Shown piece by piece: positions 28,564-39,377 of a DNA stretch of 64,000 nt. The stretch spans positions 22,384-86,383 of the forward strand of contig JBAZRG010000002.1 of assembly GCA_041663145.1 (NCBI GenBank), written 5' to 3'. Numbering within the stretch: the first letter of the stretch is position 1; each line of letters begins with the position of its first letter. The translations under genes were made by a program, and so were the position numbers. Source of the stretch: Minisyncoccota bacterium. Lineage in GTDB: Bacteria > Patescibacteriota > Minisyncoccia > Phycocordibacterales > PALSA-1337. Below the pieces are notes generated by a model that was not told where the DNA came from, ran no database searches, and saw nothing but the letters and a program-made list of their open reading frames with translations.

Positions 28564-30672
28564 ATGAAAAAAGAGTTGCAGATTTATCTTGGGAGTATAT
28601 CGAAAATATCTTTTTCTGTGGTAATTATCTCTCTTTTCTTCTTCCGAATATCCTCAGCAGCGGTCGCTACTCCGACAAATGAAAATGTCTTGTGCGTATA
28701 CAATTCACTCTCCGACATATCGACTGCCATCTGCGATTATTATCTAGAAAAAAGACCTGGAGCCCATTTACTCGGGCTCGATATAGATGATTCGAAATTT
28801 CATCCCAAAGTAGATTTTGTTGGAGTTGATGGACCAAGATTCAAAGATGATACACATCTTCGTGAAGTAATAACGTTTGAAAGTTTCCGAGACAATCTGG
28901 CTCTGCCTATACAGAGAGAGGTAAGTGCTCATCCAGAATGGAATATTACACATTTGGCTATTGCCAAGGATCTGCCCACGACAATAGATTTTGTTACACG
29001 TCGTGTATCAGCCGCATATATGCTCGGTCTCAGTTTTCCAGAAAATACTACCTATGAAGATATAGAGGCATTTAAGAAAAAGATACCTTATGATTACAAT
29101 CGCAATCAATACAATGTAACCGGAAAAGAGGAAATGAAATATGCCGCATGCGCAATGTTTCCAGTACATTTCAGGCCGCAAACATGCGTAGCATGGCAGG
29201 GGATAAAGTTTAGATTTGCCGTGTCGTATCTCACAGGATTCACAGTTGCTGATGTAAAAAAGATGATCGATAAAGCTAGAATGCCTACAGTTGCTATTTC
29301 AGAAGCTAAATGGTTAATGGATGCTAAACAAGGGTGGGGATTAAAACTTCTGGAAGATGCTTACAAGATAATGCTTGATGCGGGTATGAGTAGTGAGAGC
29401 ATAATAACCGAAAAGACTGCTACTTACCCAGTCACAATAAATGCAACGATCGTGGGATATGGAGGACAAGGTGTGCATCATGGTTATACAAAAGATTGGG
29501 CCGCAAAAGTCCCAGCAATAAATGTTGAGGTCTCAAATAGAGCCATACTCAGTGTTTACGAGAGTTGGTTTGCCGTCTCCGCTAACAAATTAAGAAGACC
29601 CACATTAGATCAAGGGTCAATATATGATGCCATATCTCCAGAAGCCTTTGGTGGTGAGAATTATTCTAAATCTTTTTCCGGTGGGATGGGTACGGTTTTT
29701 GAGCCATATATCGGTGGAGTCGTAACTTGGTATGATTTGTTCACAAATTATTGGATGGGTAAGACTTTGGGGGAGACATGGTTAGCTTCGACATATATGA
29801 ATAGGCACATAGCAATGTCAGTTGGAGATCCAATCATGAGGCTTTATGATACTCCTTCTCTCAATGTGAATAGAGCGCCAGTTGTAAATGCTGGGGAGGA
29901 TATGGACGTTGTTGTAAACTCTTTTCCAGCGAAGATAAGATTCACCAGCATGGTAGGTGACGATAATTATCCAGAAGCGAGTCTTACTTACAAATGGATA
30001 AATATGAATGAATATACGCCGATAGTGAAGTTTCTAGATAGTTTCCTGCGTGGAAATATATTTGGTTTCTTAAACTCTTCCGATATTCTCGCTGCAGGTT
30101 TATTAGCTCAAAATAAACTTATCGAATCAGATAATACGAGTGGAAACAAGAAACCTCCCGTAGAAAATGCCAGAGTTCCTATTTTCAATTTCGATTGCTC
30201 CACCTGTATCCAGACCACGGCGACTTTTCCTGAGCCAGGGAAATATACCATCAGATTTGAAGTCTCTGATGGTGAAAAGACCGGTTATGATGAAGTTACG
30301 GTAAATTTAAAAGAATCCGCAAATGCTTCTCAATGGACGAAGGGAGATGGAGAATCATCTAAGACTAAAAATAAATCAACAAATAAAGTTATAGACAATC
30401 ACGATGCGATCATAAATAACCGTAACGGAGAGGTGGTACCTGCCGGTACTGATTTTTCTTCGGTCAAGAATGATATAGATAATGCAAAGACACAGATAAA
30501 AGACATGTTGCCTCAGATACCGATACCTGATATGGAGTCCGATACACCAAATAATGTCAAAGAAACAATAAATAAAGGCGGTGAAAATGTAAAAATAATC
30601 AGCGAGAGAATTATTCGTGGAGCTAAGAAAATTAGTAATAATCTATTTCAAACTCTGATTGATATTTTCTAA
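28564..30672 (+). CDS. Large secreted protein of unknown function (signal peptide)
   Basis: 702 aa with an N-terminal hydrophobic signal (ISKISFSVVIISLFFFRISSAAVA). No recognised domain. Confidence 0.5.
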   Translation: MKKELQIYLGSISKISFSVVIISLFFFRISSAAVATPTNENVLCVYNSLSDISTAICDYYLEKRPGAHLLGLDIDDSKFHPKVDFVGVDGPRFKDDTHLREVITFESFRDNLALPIQREVSAHPEWNITHLAIAKDLPTTIDFVTRRVSAAYMLGLSFPENTTYEDIEAFKKKIPYDYNRNQYNVTGKEEMKYAACAMFPVHFRPQTCVAWQGIKFRFAVSYLTGFTVADVKKMIDKARMPTVAISEAKWLMDAKQGWGLKLLEDAYKIMLDAGMSSESIITEKTATYPVTINATIVGYGGQGVHHGYTKDWAAKVPAINVEVSNRAILSVYESWFAVSANKLRRPTLDQGSIYDAISPEAFGGENYSKSFSGGMGTVFEPYIGGVVTWYDLFTNYWMGKTLGETWLASTYMNRHIAMSVGDPIMRLYDTPSLNVNRAPVVNAGEDMDVVVNSFPAKIRFTSMVGDDNYPEASLTYKWINMNEYTPIVKFLDSFLRGNIFGFLNSSDILAAGLLAQNKLIESDNTSGNKKPPVENARVPIFNFDCSTCIQTTATFPEPGKYTIRFEVSDGEKTGYDEVTVNLKESANASQWTKGDGESSKTKNKSTNKVIDNHDAIINNRNGEVVPAGTDFSSVKNDIDNAKTQIKDMLPQIPIPDMESDTPNNVKETINKGGENVKIISERIIRGAKKISNNLFQTLIDIF

Positions 30673-30697
30673 GACCATCATATTAAAAAATAAAAAA

Positions 30698-32617
30698 ATG
30701 AACATAATAAGCAAGATAAAGGCGATGATACTGATACAATTCTTAGTGTTCTTATATGCTTCTTCTGTATTTGCGCAATCGTCAGTAGATTGTTCTAGTC
30801 CTCTAATGTTCAGGGCCGATAGGGACGTAGGAGATATTATGACTTCCGAAGAAGCTTCTTCACTCAAAAATATTTTATCCAAATACAATTTGTTAAATGA
30901 TGCCGCCAAATATAATCTTGAATACAATGATGAGTATTCTGTGGCTATAGGAAAGTATCAAGCGATGAATGATCTTTTACGCACCGGCTATATGGGACCA
31001 CTCACTAGGTTGAAGTTAAACAATATTTGTTCTGGTTCAGTCACAAAATTGACGGTTGTGGGTCCAAATGGTAACGAAGAGAAAAAAGTTGGAGAAAATA
31101 TGACAGTTTCTTGGAAAGCCCAAGGAGTAATCACCGGCAAGATAGCGATATCGGCGTATTCATATGTCACAATGGTTACTACCAATATCGCCACCGTACC
31201 CGTAGCTCAGAGTTCATATACATGGAAAATAAATGTACCTGTTGGTAAATACAAGATACAGATAAATTATGTAGATAGCCAAGGTAAATTACAAAAAAAT
31301 ATCTCTGATTTGAGTGATGAATATTTCAAAGTCATATCAGCAACCGTTAAACCTGAACCATCTATAAATATAGCATCACCTATTAATGGCGCTTTGTATG
31401 AAACTGGATCAGAATTGAAATTGATTTGGTCAACATCTAATTTCGATAATAACATATCCAATCTTTCAGCCAATCTTATTATAATAGATGAGATTCAGGA
31501 GAGGGCAATAGTATTATCTTCATCTCTTATAAACGATGGACAAGAAACATTTAAGATACCAAATACTGGCAATGGTAAATATTGGATACAGATCAAAGCA
31601 GATGTTACGGGAAAAAATGTCCCCGTGAAAGGGTATAGTGGAGTATTCAGAATATCGAATCCTGCTCCTGTAATCGCTAATGACTTGGCCATAAGTAAGA
31701 CGGAGGTTGTACCAGACTCAACTTCCGGTAAATATAAATCGTGGCTAACATTCAAGGGTGCTACGGCAGAAAGTAAGATATCTTCTTGGAAAATAAAGTT
31801 CGGTTGCATTTCGGGTATAGTAGTCAGTTCTAAAGAGGGTTCATTCTGTGAAGAAAGAATTGTGGCATCAAATATATATCAATATAACGGAGAAATGGCC
31901 AAAGAGTTTTCATTTACCAATACAACAGGATCAGCACAGACTATAACTGTGGTGGCAACTGCAGTGGGAGTGAGCGGTAGTATTTTGGGGAATACCGACG
32001 ATTCAATAACTATCCCTAGTATTCAAATAGAAGAAAGTAGTATTGAAATCAGCTCTATTTCATCGTCGAATCAAAGTCTAAACATATCTTCGACAGAAGA
32101 AACTTCTAATGTAGTCTTGGGACAATTTGTATTTAAATCCAAAAATGTAGATTCTTATCTGGAACATGTATTTGTAAGAGTGAATACAGGAAAAACTCCT
32201 GTAGCAGATATAATAAAAAATATGATTTTGGAATCTAATGGAAAGATCTATCCCATGGATATTTTGGAGAATGCAGATGCTGTATTTGTAGATATGAGAA
32301 TACCATTGCCGGCAAACGCCACTGTACCTATAGTTATAAAAGGATCAATAGCCAAAGATAATGGAAAGTTAAATGGTCAATCCATATCTTTAAGCGTGAT
32401 TGTAGCTGCTAATAATGCTATATATAATAGGGTTTATGTTCACGATTCATATGGAAGAGATATAAAAGTCCCTGAAGGTACTCACACTAGCTTTACTACA
32501 ACATTGGTCGGATCATCGGGTCTATTACAAGATGGATCTGAACAGCCCAAAGAATCTCCAGTAATAGACGTATCGGCTTCCATATTCAATATAATTGAGA
32601 AGTTGATGAAATTCTAA
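30698..32617 (+). CDS. Large secreted surface protein of unknown function (signal peptide; Ig-like/repeat-rich)
   Basis: Signal peptide MNIISKIKAMILIQFLVFLYASSVFAQS. Ser/Thr/Asn-rich beta-type repeats. The start is taken at ATG 30698. Confidence 0.5.
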   Translation: MNIISKIKAMILIQFLVFLYASSVFAQSSVDCSSPLMFRADRDVGDIMTSEEASSLKNILSKYNLLNDAAKYNLEYNDEYSVAIGKYQAMNDLLRTGYMGPLTRLKLNNICSGSVTKLTVVGPNGNEEKKVGENMTVSWKAQGVITGKIAISAYSYVTMVTTNIATVPVAQSSYTWKINVPVGKYKIQINYVDSQGKLQKNISDLSDEYFKVISATVKPEPSINIASPINGALYETGSELKLIWSTSNFDNNISNLSANLIIIDEIQERAIVLSSSLINDGQETFKIPNTGNGKYWIQIKADVTGKNVPVKGYSGVFRISNPAPVIANDLAISKTEVVPDSTSGKYKSWLTFKGATAESKISSWKIKFGCISGIVVSSKEGSFCEERIVASNIYQYNGEMAKEFSFTNTTGSAQTITVVATAVGVSGSILGNTDDSITIPSIQIEESSIEISSISSSNQSLNISSTEETSNVVLGQFVFKSKNVDSYLEHVFVRVNTGKTPVADIIKNMILESNGKIYPMDILENADAVFVDMRIPLPANATVPIVIKGSIAKDNGKLNGQSISLSVIVAANNAIYNRVYVHDSYGRDIKVPEGTHTSFTTTLVGSSGLLQDGSEQPKESPVIDVSASIFNIIEKLMKF

Positions 32618-32642
32618 ATATATATAGTATGATTATTCTGCA

Positions 32643-33716
32643 ATGAAAAATTTCCAAAAAGGGTTTGTCGTGCGGGGCATTATAGCAATCATAGCCTTAC
32701 TTTTATTAACAGGAGGAGCATATATAGCTTCCAAAGATCAACGGGGTACCGCAAGTAATCAAGACATAAGTGGTGAAAATGTTTTTAATAATTCCCAGGA
32801 ATCGAGATGTTCCAATGGTTCCACAAATTATCCTCACTGCAATGCCGATTTACCGTATATAGGAAGTATCACTTCTGGATCAACCATCTTTACACATGTT
32901 GACTCTGGTATTACTTTCAAATATCCCAAAAACTGGAAGTTTGATGCCGTAAAAAATTATTTTACAACGTCGGATTATCAGGAAGGTAAAAGCGGGGCAC
33001 GAATCGAATTTGTATATGGACTTTCATACAGTGACTGGCAAAAAACAGTTGCCGCTATGTATGGAAGTAAATCCACTAATAATCCAATTTTTATCAATGG
33101 AAGACCTGCATTGCAGACAACATATGCAAGTGAGCCATATCTTCTAGGACTATCGATACCATTTGCAAATAATACTGCGTTTATATCGTTATTCTTGAGA
33201 TACGAAGCTGCAGGAAGATTTGAGGCTTCATACAAGGAATCTTATGAGCCGATTTTGCGACAGATAGCTGAAAATATGATTTTGCCATCTTCGCAAGACA
33301 CGACTTGGCATACATATACTAACAATAAACATAATTTTAGCTTTAACCATCCGCCGCTTACAGCAGTAGTCCAAAGTAGCACATACTCGACAAATTCCGT
33401 GGCATCTTATGAAGTCTTTGTGCGTTATGGATTTCACCAGTTACTTTTTGTCTACTCTAAACCTTCCGATCATTCTATAAAGGCGTGGTATGACGGCACA
33501 TATTCTGAAATTACACCATTTAAAGGTCCTACAGAAAAAACAGTCAACGGATACTCAGCTATCGATGTTACCTTCAATGATATGGCTAATCTAACGAGAC
33601 ATATTATGCTTGCAAAAGGCAATGTTGTAATTGATTTTGTATTCAACGCTGACCCAGAGGGTCCACTGAATTTCGATCAACAAAAATTATTAGATTCATT
33701 TTTATTCATAAATTAA
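32643..33716 (+). CDS. Membrane-anchored or pilin-like-leader protein, paralogous N-terminus with the next gene
   Basis: The N-terminus MKNFQKGFVVRGIIAIIALLLLTGG is G-F plus a hydrophobic stretch, but lacks Glu at +5. Confidence 0.45.
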   Translation: MKNFQKGFVVRGIIAIIALLLLTGGAYIASKDQRGTASNQDISGENVFNNSQESRCSNGSTNYPHCNADLPYIGSITSGSTIFTHVDSGITFKYPKNWKFDAVKNYFTTSDYQEGKSGARIEFVYGLSYSDWQKTVAAMYGSKSTNNPIFINGRPALQTTYASEPYLLGLSIPFANNTAFISLFLRYEAAGRFEASYKESYEPILRQIAENMILPSSQDTTWHTYTNNKHNFSFNHPPLTAVVQSSTYSTNSVASYEVFVRYGFHQLLFVYSKPSDHSIKAWYDGTYSEITPFKGPTEKTVNGYSAIDVTFNDMANLTRHIMLAKGNVVIDFVFNADPEGPLNFDQQKLLDSFLFIN

Positions 33717-33717
33717 C

Positions 33718-34830
33718 ATGAAAAACTTACAAAAAGGATTTGTCGTGCCGGTACTTTTAACAATAATTACATTGTTGGTAGTCGGTGGTGGTGTTTATAT
33801 TTATCAAAGTAAAAAAGTAGAAACACCTTCTGTTAAAAATACTGACACGCCTCAGTTGAATCAAGTGCAACAGACAAATGCTCAAACTCCCGCCGTCACA
33901 CAACCGATAGTTACCTCTGCTGCAGTTTCCACAAAGCCTTCTATCACTGTTCTCTCTCCAAACGGCGGTGAGACATTTAAACAAAATTCTCCTATTACTG
34001 TGAAATGGTCACAGAATTTCTCTGGATCGGCATTTATTTGCCTTATGGGAGATGCTGGCTGTGTTTATAGTTCGACACCAGTCAAATTTAATTCAGGAAT
34101 TAATACTTTGACTATTCCTGTGGGTATAAATATTGCAACATGTAACACAACTATTTGTTATATCGCAGATGGTTTCAAGGTAAGAGTTACCACAGACAAT
34201 CAGCCTGGGAGTGGTCATGCGGGAGAATTCATGAATGACGAGAGTAACGGTTATTTTGTGATACTACCACAGACAGGCTTACAAGCATTTTCATTTTTAC
34301 AAGAGATGCAAAGTCAGATTGGTACTAATTACACAATTAATCCTTCAGTAGGAAGTACTATTCCAGCATTCAGAGTAGATTTACCGAGTGATAAATTTGC
34401 ACAAGCAACCAATTATCTCTCTTCTCAATTCGGTGGTCATAATAATAAATATACCAGTGAACGCGGGTATGGCTATGAAAATTGGCATTTGCTTTGCATG
34501 AGTATCGGTCTCGGTGCAGGTGCAGCTTCTTCAGATCTTCCGTATGTAACATGTAAGGACAAAGTTGGAGTTCAAACAATTGATGTTGTGGTTAAAGATA
34601 TAAAAGGCATTAATACAAATCCTCGCGATTTCCTACTGACGATAGGGAATGAGACTATGAAGGTTAGAATGCCAGCAGTGATACAAAATAACAATTACCA
34701 AAATGGTACTTATGCTGATTTCGTTAAAACCATAACCAGTAACCAATATCAGACGAGTACGTTCAAAATGACTGGTGAGATAAAGGGTGATGCTTTTGAG
34801 GTGACTACTATTCAGTGGATATTGGGTTAG
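33718..34830 (+). CDS. Membrane-anchored or pilin-like-leader protein (paralogue of 32643..33716)
   Basis: The N-terminus MKNLQKGFVVPVLLTIITLLVVGGG is nearly identical in design to the upstream gene. The start lies 2 nt after the upstream stop. Confidence 0.45.
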   Translation: MKNLQKGFVVPVLLTIITLLVVGGGVYIYQSKKVETPSVKNTDTPQLNQVQQTNAQTPAVTQPIVTSAAVSTKPSITVLSPNGGETFKQNSPITVKWSQNFSGSAFICLMGDAGCVYSSTPVKFNSGINTLTIPVGINIATCNTTICYIADGFKVRVTTDNQPGSGHAGEFMNDESNGYFVILPQTGLQAFSFLQEMQSQIGTNYTINPSVGSTIPAFRVDLPSDKFAQATNYLSSQFGGHNNKYTSERGYGYENWHLLCMSIGLGAGAASSDLPYVTCKDKVGVQTIDVVVKDIKGINTNPRDFLLTIGNETMKVRMPAVIQNNNYQNGTYADFVKTITSNQYQTSTFKMTGEIKGDAFEVTTIQWILG

Positions 34831-35016
34831 TATAACCAATACAAAGCCAAAAAATTTGCGAATTTTATTGAGTCATGTTAGTATCTTCTGTACGCGCAGA
34901 CCCTGCGTTTTTAATAGTCTTATTAACAATTTTATCCACTGCTTTTGGGATGATCGACGTGACACACTTGGATCCCGTCGAGTATTCCAAAAGTTGGGGC
35001 ACTAAAAATAAAAAAC

Positions 35017-36204
35017 ATGGCAGCAGAATTCAATCGCACAAAGCCGCACGTTAACGTCGGCACAATCGGCCACGTCGACCACGGAAAGTCGACGCTCACA
35101 GCCGCTATTCTTGTCGTTCAAGCCAAAAAAGGTTTGGCAAAGGAGAAGGCATACGCCGATATTACAAAGGGAGGTACCGTTCGAGACGCTTCAAAGACGG
35201 TTACTATCTCACTCGCTCACGTTGAGTATGAGTCAGCTACAAGACACTATGCTCATATCGATGCTCCTGGACATGCCGACTACATCAAGAACATGATCAC
35301 AGGTGCCGCCCAGATGGACGGTGCTATCTTGGTCGTATCCGCTCTAGACGGTGTGATGCCACAGACTCGTGAGCATATCCTCCTTGCCAAGCAGGTTGGT
35401 GTGCCGAAAGTTCTAGTATTTCTCAACAAATGTGATGCGGTCGAAGAGAAAGATTTGATTGACCTCGTCGAAGAAGAAGTTCGCGAACTATTGACCAAGC
35501 AAGGTTTCGATGGCAAGACAGCCCCAGTTATCCGTGGATCAGCCCTCAAAGCTCTCGAAGGTGATCCTGCATGGACTACCAAGATCGATGAACTCATGGA
35601 AGCTCTCGATACCTTTATTCCAATTCCAGTTCGTGAAGTCGACAAGCCGTTCCTGATGCCAATCGAAGACATATTCTCTATCGAAGGCCGTGGAACTGTG
35701 GTTACAGGTCGTATCGAGCGCGGAAGGATCACTTTGAACGAAGAAGTTGAGATCGTCGGATTCCGAGACACTGTAAAGACAGTTGTTACCGGTATCGAAA
35801 TGTTCAATAAACAGCTCAAAGAGGGTATCGCTGGAGATAACGCAGGTTTGCTCTTGCGTGGTACAGCCAAAGACGCCGTATCTCGCGGACAGGTACTATC
35901 GAAGACTGGTGCAGTCAAACCTCATACAGAATTTGAGTCAGAAGTTTACGTTTTGAAGAAAGAAGAAGGAGGTAGACACACACCATTCTTTACAGGATAT
36001 AAACCTCAGTTCTATATTCGAACAACAGACGTAACTGGTGAAGTAACATTGCCAGAGAAAGTAGAAATGGTAATGCCGGGAGATACAGTTACTTTCAAAG
36101 TGAAGCTCGTAGCTCCAGTCGCACTCGAAGCACAAATGCACTTTGCAGTTCGTGAAGGAGGCAAGACTGTCGGAGCCGGAGTCGTCACAAAGGTTATCGC
36201 TTAG
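35017..36204 (+). CDS. tuf: Elongation factor Tu
   Basis: [22 protein letters not shown] and the C-terminal beta-barrel motifs are present. Confidence 0.95.
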   Translation: MAAEFNRTKPHVNVGTIGHVDHGKSTLTAAILVVQAKKGLAKEKAYADITKGGTVRDASKTVTISLAHVEYESATRHYAHIDAPGHADYIKNMITGAAQMDGAILVVSALDGVMPQTREHILLAKQVGVPKVLVFLNKCDAVEEKDLIDLVEEEVRELLTKQGFDGKTAPVIRGSALKALEGDPAWTTKIDELMEALDTFIPIPVREVDKPFLMPIEDIFSIEGRGTVVTGRIERGRITLNEEVEIVGFRDTVKTVVTGIEMFNKQLKEGIAGDNAGLLLRGTAKDAVSRGQVLSKTGAVKPHTEFESEVYVLKKEEGGRHTPFFTGYKPQFYIRTTDVTGEVTLPEKVEMVMPGDTVTFKVKLVAPVALEAQMHFAVREGGKTVGAGVVTKVIA

Positions 36205-36265
36205 TGCAAAATGAAGATTAAAAATTAACACATTCCATTTTAGTTTTTAATTTTCCATTAAAATA

Positions 36266-36667
36266 ATGACAGCAAACAAAGACACAACCAAGCACGAAGC
36301 TCCTAAGGAAGCAAAAGCTTCTAAACCTGTTAGAATTCGTAAAAATAAGGCAGCAGATGCGGTACCCCATCTACGAATCAGGGTTAGAGCTTATGAACAC
36401 AAGATTTTGGACGCTTCCTTGAAACAGATTATCGATACGGCCAGCCGATACGACGCTACCATTCATGGTCCAGTGCCGTTGCCGACCGAGATCAAGAAGT
36501 ACACTGTAAATCGCTCTTCATTCATCGATAAGAACTCACGTGAACAGTTCGAAATGAGAGTTCACAAGCGTTTGATCGACATCGTCAATCCAAACCCGAA
36601 GGTTATCGAGGCGTTGACGAACTTGAGTTTGCCATCCGGAGTGAATATAGATGTAAAGATGATGTAA
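36266..36667 (+). CDS. rpsJ: 30S ribosomal protein S10 with a ~35-aa N-terminal extension
   Basis: LRIRVRAYEHKILD...HGPVPLPTEIKKYTV...HKRLIDIV. Confidence 0.9.
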   Translation: MTANKDTTKHEAPKEAKASKPVRIRKNKAADAVPHLRIRVRAYEHKILDASLKQIIDTASRYDATIHGPVPLPTEIKKYTVNRSSFIDKNSREQFEMRVHKRLIDIVNPNPKVIEALTNLSLPSGVNIDVKMM

Positions 36668-36721
36668 TGAAGTTATTCTGATCCTGTCAAAGGATGTCCG
36701 AAACGACTAAAGCAAACCAAC

Positions 36722-37342
36722 ATGAAATTTATTTTAGGAAGAAAACTGAATATGACGCAGATATATGACGCAACTGGTCGTGCCATACCGGTTACAGCTG
36801 TGGCTGTGCGTGGCAATGTCATCACTCAGGTCAGGACATCGGAAATCGATGGTTATTCAGCTTTGCAGGTAGGGGAAGGATCTCGCAATCCAAATCGCAT
36901 AAATAAAGCGCAAAAAGGTCATTTCAAAGATCTTGGATCATTTAGTTCTCTTCGAGAGTTCCGATTGGATCCGGCAAATGCAGTGACCGCCAAGGTTGGC
37001 GACAAGATCGAGCTTTCCAACTTTACAGTCGGAGAGATTGTGACTGTTTCGGCAACATCAAAAGGTAAAGGTTTCCAGGGTGTTGTGAAGCGTCACGGAT
37101 TCCATGGAGGACCACGTTCTCACGGTCAAAAACACTCAGAACGCGAACCAGGATCGATCGGTGGAGGTCTTCGTACACACGTTCCAGTCGGTATGCGAAT
37201 GGCCGGTAGGATGGGAAGTGAGCGCATAACAGTTCGCAATCTCAAAGTCACTCATATTGACCCGGAAGAGAACGTAATGTATGTTTCTGGAGCAATACCA
37301 GGCCGAAGAGGTACTCTGGTAGAGATCGTCAGTCAAAACTAA
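36722..37342 (+). CDS. rplC: 50S ribosomal protein L3
   Basis: 206 aa with L3 conserved segments; operon position. Confidence 0.9.
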   Translation: MKFILGRKLNMTQIYDATGRAIPVTAVAVRGNVITQVRTSEIDGYSALQVGEGSRNPNRINKAQKGHFKDLGSFSSLREFRLDPANAVTAKVGDKIELSNFTVGEIVTVSATSKGKGFQGVVKRHGFHGGPRSHGQKHSEREPGSIGGGLRTHVPVGMRMAGRMGSERITVRNLKVTHIDPEENVMYVSGAIPGRRGTLVEIVSQN

Positions 37343-37346
37343 TATC

Positions 37347-38015
37347 ATGGAAGCCAATATATACAATCAGACAGGAAAAGAAACCGGCAAGGTCACATTG
37401 CCAACGGGGGTATTCGATCTTCCTTGGAATGCCGACTTGGTGCATGAAGTTGTTCGATTGATGAATTCAAATTCCAGAACAAATATTGCCCATACAAAAA
37501 CTCGTGGTGAAGTACGAGGTGGAGGAAAGAAGCCGTGGAAACAGAAGGGTACTGGACGAGCACGTCACGGTTCGACCAGGTCACCGATCTGGGTAGGAGG
37601 TGGAGTAGCCCATGGTCCGAGAAATGACAAGAATTTTGATCGCAAGATCAATAAGAAAGTCAAAACAAAAGCTTTGTTTACTATTCTTTCCCGCAAATGG
37701 AAAGATGGTGAAATACTCTTCCTCGATAATATGAACATCTCAGCTCCAAAGACAAAGGACGCAAAATCAGTTATCGGATCGCTTTCGAAGATCAAAGGTT
37801 TTGATAAATTAACCACAAAAAAGGTCAATACTGCTTTATTCACAATAAATAAAAAGAGCTCAGCCATTGAAAAAAGCTTCCGTAATATCGGTAATGTCTC
37901 GATCGAAGAATTCCGAAATATCAATCCAGTCAATATCTTGAATCATACATATCTGATTGTTTCTGATCCTGTCGAATCATTTAAGTCGTTCGATTCAAAG
38001 ATTGCAAAGAAATAA
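37347..38015 (+). CDS. rplD: 50S ribosomal protein L4
   Basis: 222 aa with L4 conserved segments; operon position. Confidence 0.85.
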   Translation: MEANIYNQTGKETGKVTLPTGVFDLPWNADLVHEVVRLMNSNSRTNIAHTKTRGEVRGGGKKPWKQKGTGRARHGSTRSPIWVGGGVAHGPRNDKNFDRKINKKVKTKALFTILSRKWKDGEILFLDNMNISAPKTKDAKSVIGSLSKIKGFDKLTTKKVNTALFTINKKSSAIEKSFRNIGNVSIEEFRNINPVNILNHTYLIVSDPVESFKSFDSKIAKK

Positions 38016-38037
38016 TAATTTCCATATCACTACTACC

Positions 38038-38400
38038 ATGGCTATATTCGGACTTAAAAAAATAAAAGAGACAAAGAAGATCAAGGCAGATGCTAAGCCC
38101 GTTGTTTTTGTCGAAAAGAAAGACAACAATCACGCTTCGGTAGTTATCAGGCCTCGTATTACCGAGAAGTCAGGTATATTGAGTCAGAGCAATGTCTATA
38201 CATTCGAAGTTACTAAGAACGCAAATAAAGGTTCGATCATGAAGGCTATTTCTACTTTGTACAAAGTTGTACCGACAAAGGTAGCGATCATCAATACACC
38301 AAGACGCAATGTCTTCGTAAAAGGTCGCAAGGGTACAGTTGCAGGAATCAAAAAAGCCGTCATTACCCTCAAAAAGGGTGATAAGATCGACTTCGTTTAG
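38038..38400 (+). CDS. rplW: 50S ribosomal protein L23
   Basis: The start is taken at ATG 38038 (MAIFGLKK...). The upstream extension in the ORF track overlaps rplD. Confidence 0.8.
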   Translation: MAIFGLKKIKETKKIKADAKPVVFVEKKDNNHASVVIRPRITEKSGILSQSNVYTFEVTKNANKGSIMKAISTLYKVVPTKVAIINTPRRNVFVKGRKGTVAGIKKAVITLKKGDKIDFV

Positions 38401-38432
38401 TCTAAATATACTTTCAATTTTAATTTACCAAT

Positions 38433-39287
38433 ATGAAATCATTCCGACCAACAAGTAAATCACGCCGACACATGACGGTTTTGCCGTTCAAGCAATATCT
38501 CACTGCTTCTGAACCTCACAAGTCTCTAACACGTGGTATGAAGCGTGATATGGGTCGCAATGCATTTGGCCGAATCACAGTACGACACAAAGGTGGAGGC
38601 CATAAGAAACTATTCCGTGATATCGATTTTAAATATGACAAAAAGGACATGATAGCGACAGTCAAGACTGTTGAATACGATCCTTTCCGAACTGGATATA
38701 TCGGTATAGTCAATTATAAAGACGGCACAAAGAGATACGTTCTTTTGCCAAAGTCTATGAAAGTGGGCAATTCATTTATCGTATCCGAAAATGCTCCGAT
38801 CGAAACTGGTAATCGTTTGCCTTTGAAAAAGATTCCAGTCGGTGCTTTTATCTACAATATCGAAGTCAAACCAGGTAGCGGAGCCAAGCTCGTCCGTTCA
38901 GCTGGTTCATTTGCTCAGGTTATCGCCAACGACGCCGGATATACTCACATCAAGATGCCTTCGACTGAGATCAGAAAGATTCATGATGATGCTTGGGCTT
39001 CTATAGGTGCCGTATCAAATGAAGAAAATCGTCTCGTAAATATCGGTAAAGCAGGTCGTTCACGATGGATGGGTATTCGTCCTACGGTTCGTGGTTCTGC
39101 TCAAAACCCAGTAGATCACCCATACGGTGGAGGTGAACAGCGTTCAGGAAGAGGTCTTCGACGTCTAAAAACTCGTTGGGGCAAACCAGCTGGTAAAGGT
39201 CAAAAGACTCGCCGTTCAAAGAAATATTCCAATGTTTTTGTTGTATCACGTCGTCAGCCAGGTAAGAATATGACGGCATCGAGTTAA
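38433..39287 (+). CDS. rplB: 50S ribosomal protein L2
   Basis: 284 aa with L2 conserved segments including the C-terminal GGGEQRSGRG region. Confidence 0.95.
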   Translation: MKSFRPTSKSRRHMTVLPFKQYLTASEPHKSLTRGMKRDMGRNAFGRITVRHKGGGHKKLFRDIDFKYDKKDMIATVKTVEYDPFRTGYIGIVNYKDGTKRYVLLPKSMKVGNSFIVSENAPIETGNRLPLKKIPVGAFIYNIEVKPGSGAKLVRSAGSFAQVIANDAGYTHIKMPSTEIRKIHDDAWASIGAVSNEENRLVNIGKAGRSRWMGIRPTVRGSAQNPVDHPYGGGEQRSGRGLRRLKTRWGKPAGKGQKTRRSKKYSNVFVVSRRQPGKNMTASS

Positions 39288-39377
39288 GGTTCTTAACTTA
39301 TGCTTAATAAGATAATAAAGATTACTAAAATTGTTATGGATGCGATAGTACGAACTATTATCGGAAAATAGAGCTTT

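Noticed and set aside
34894-34913. Possible weak terminator (cgcag accc ctgcg ttttt) upstream of tuf
   Set aside because: The stem is only 5 bp and it sits in a probable promoter region for tuf. It is too weak to call.
35280-35918. 212-aa antisense ORF inside tuf (and similar antisense or alternate-frame ORFs inside fusA, pilB and the r-protein genes)
   Set aside because: It lies entirely within a highly conserved, confidently assigned gene on the other strand. It has low complexity and no RBS.
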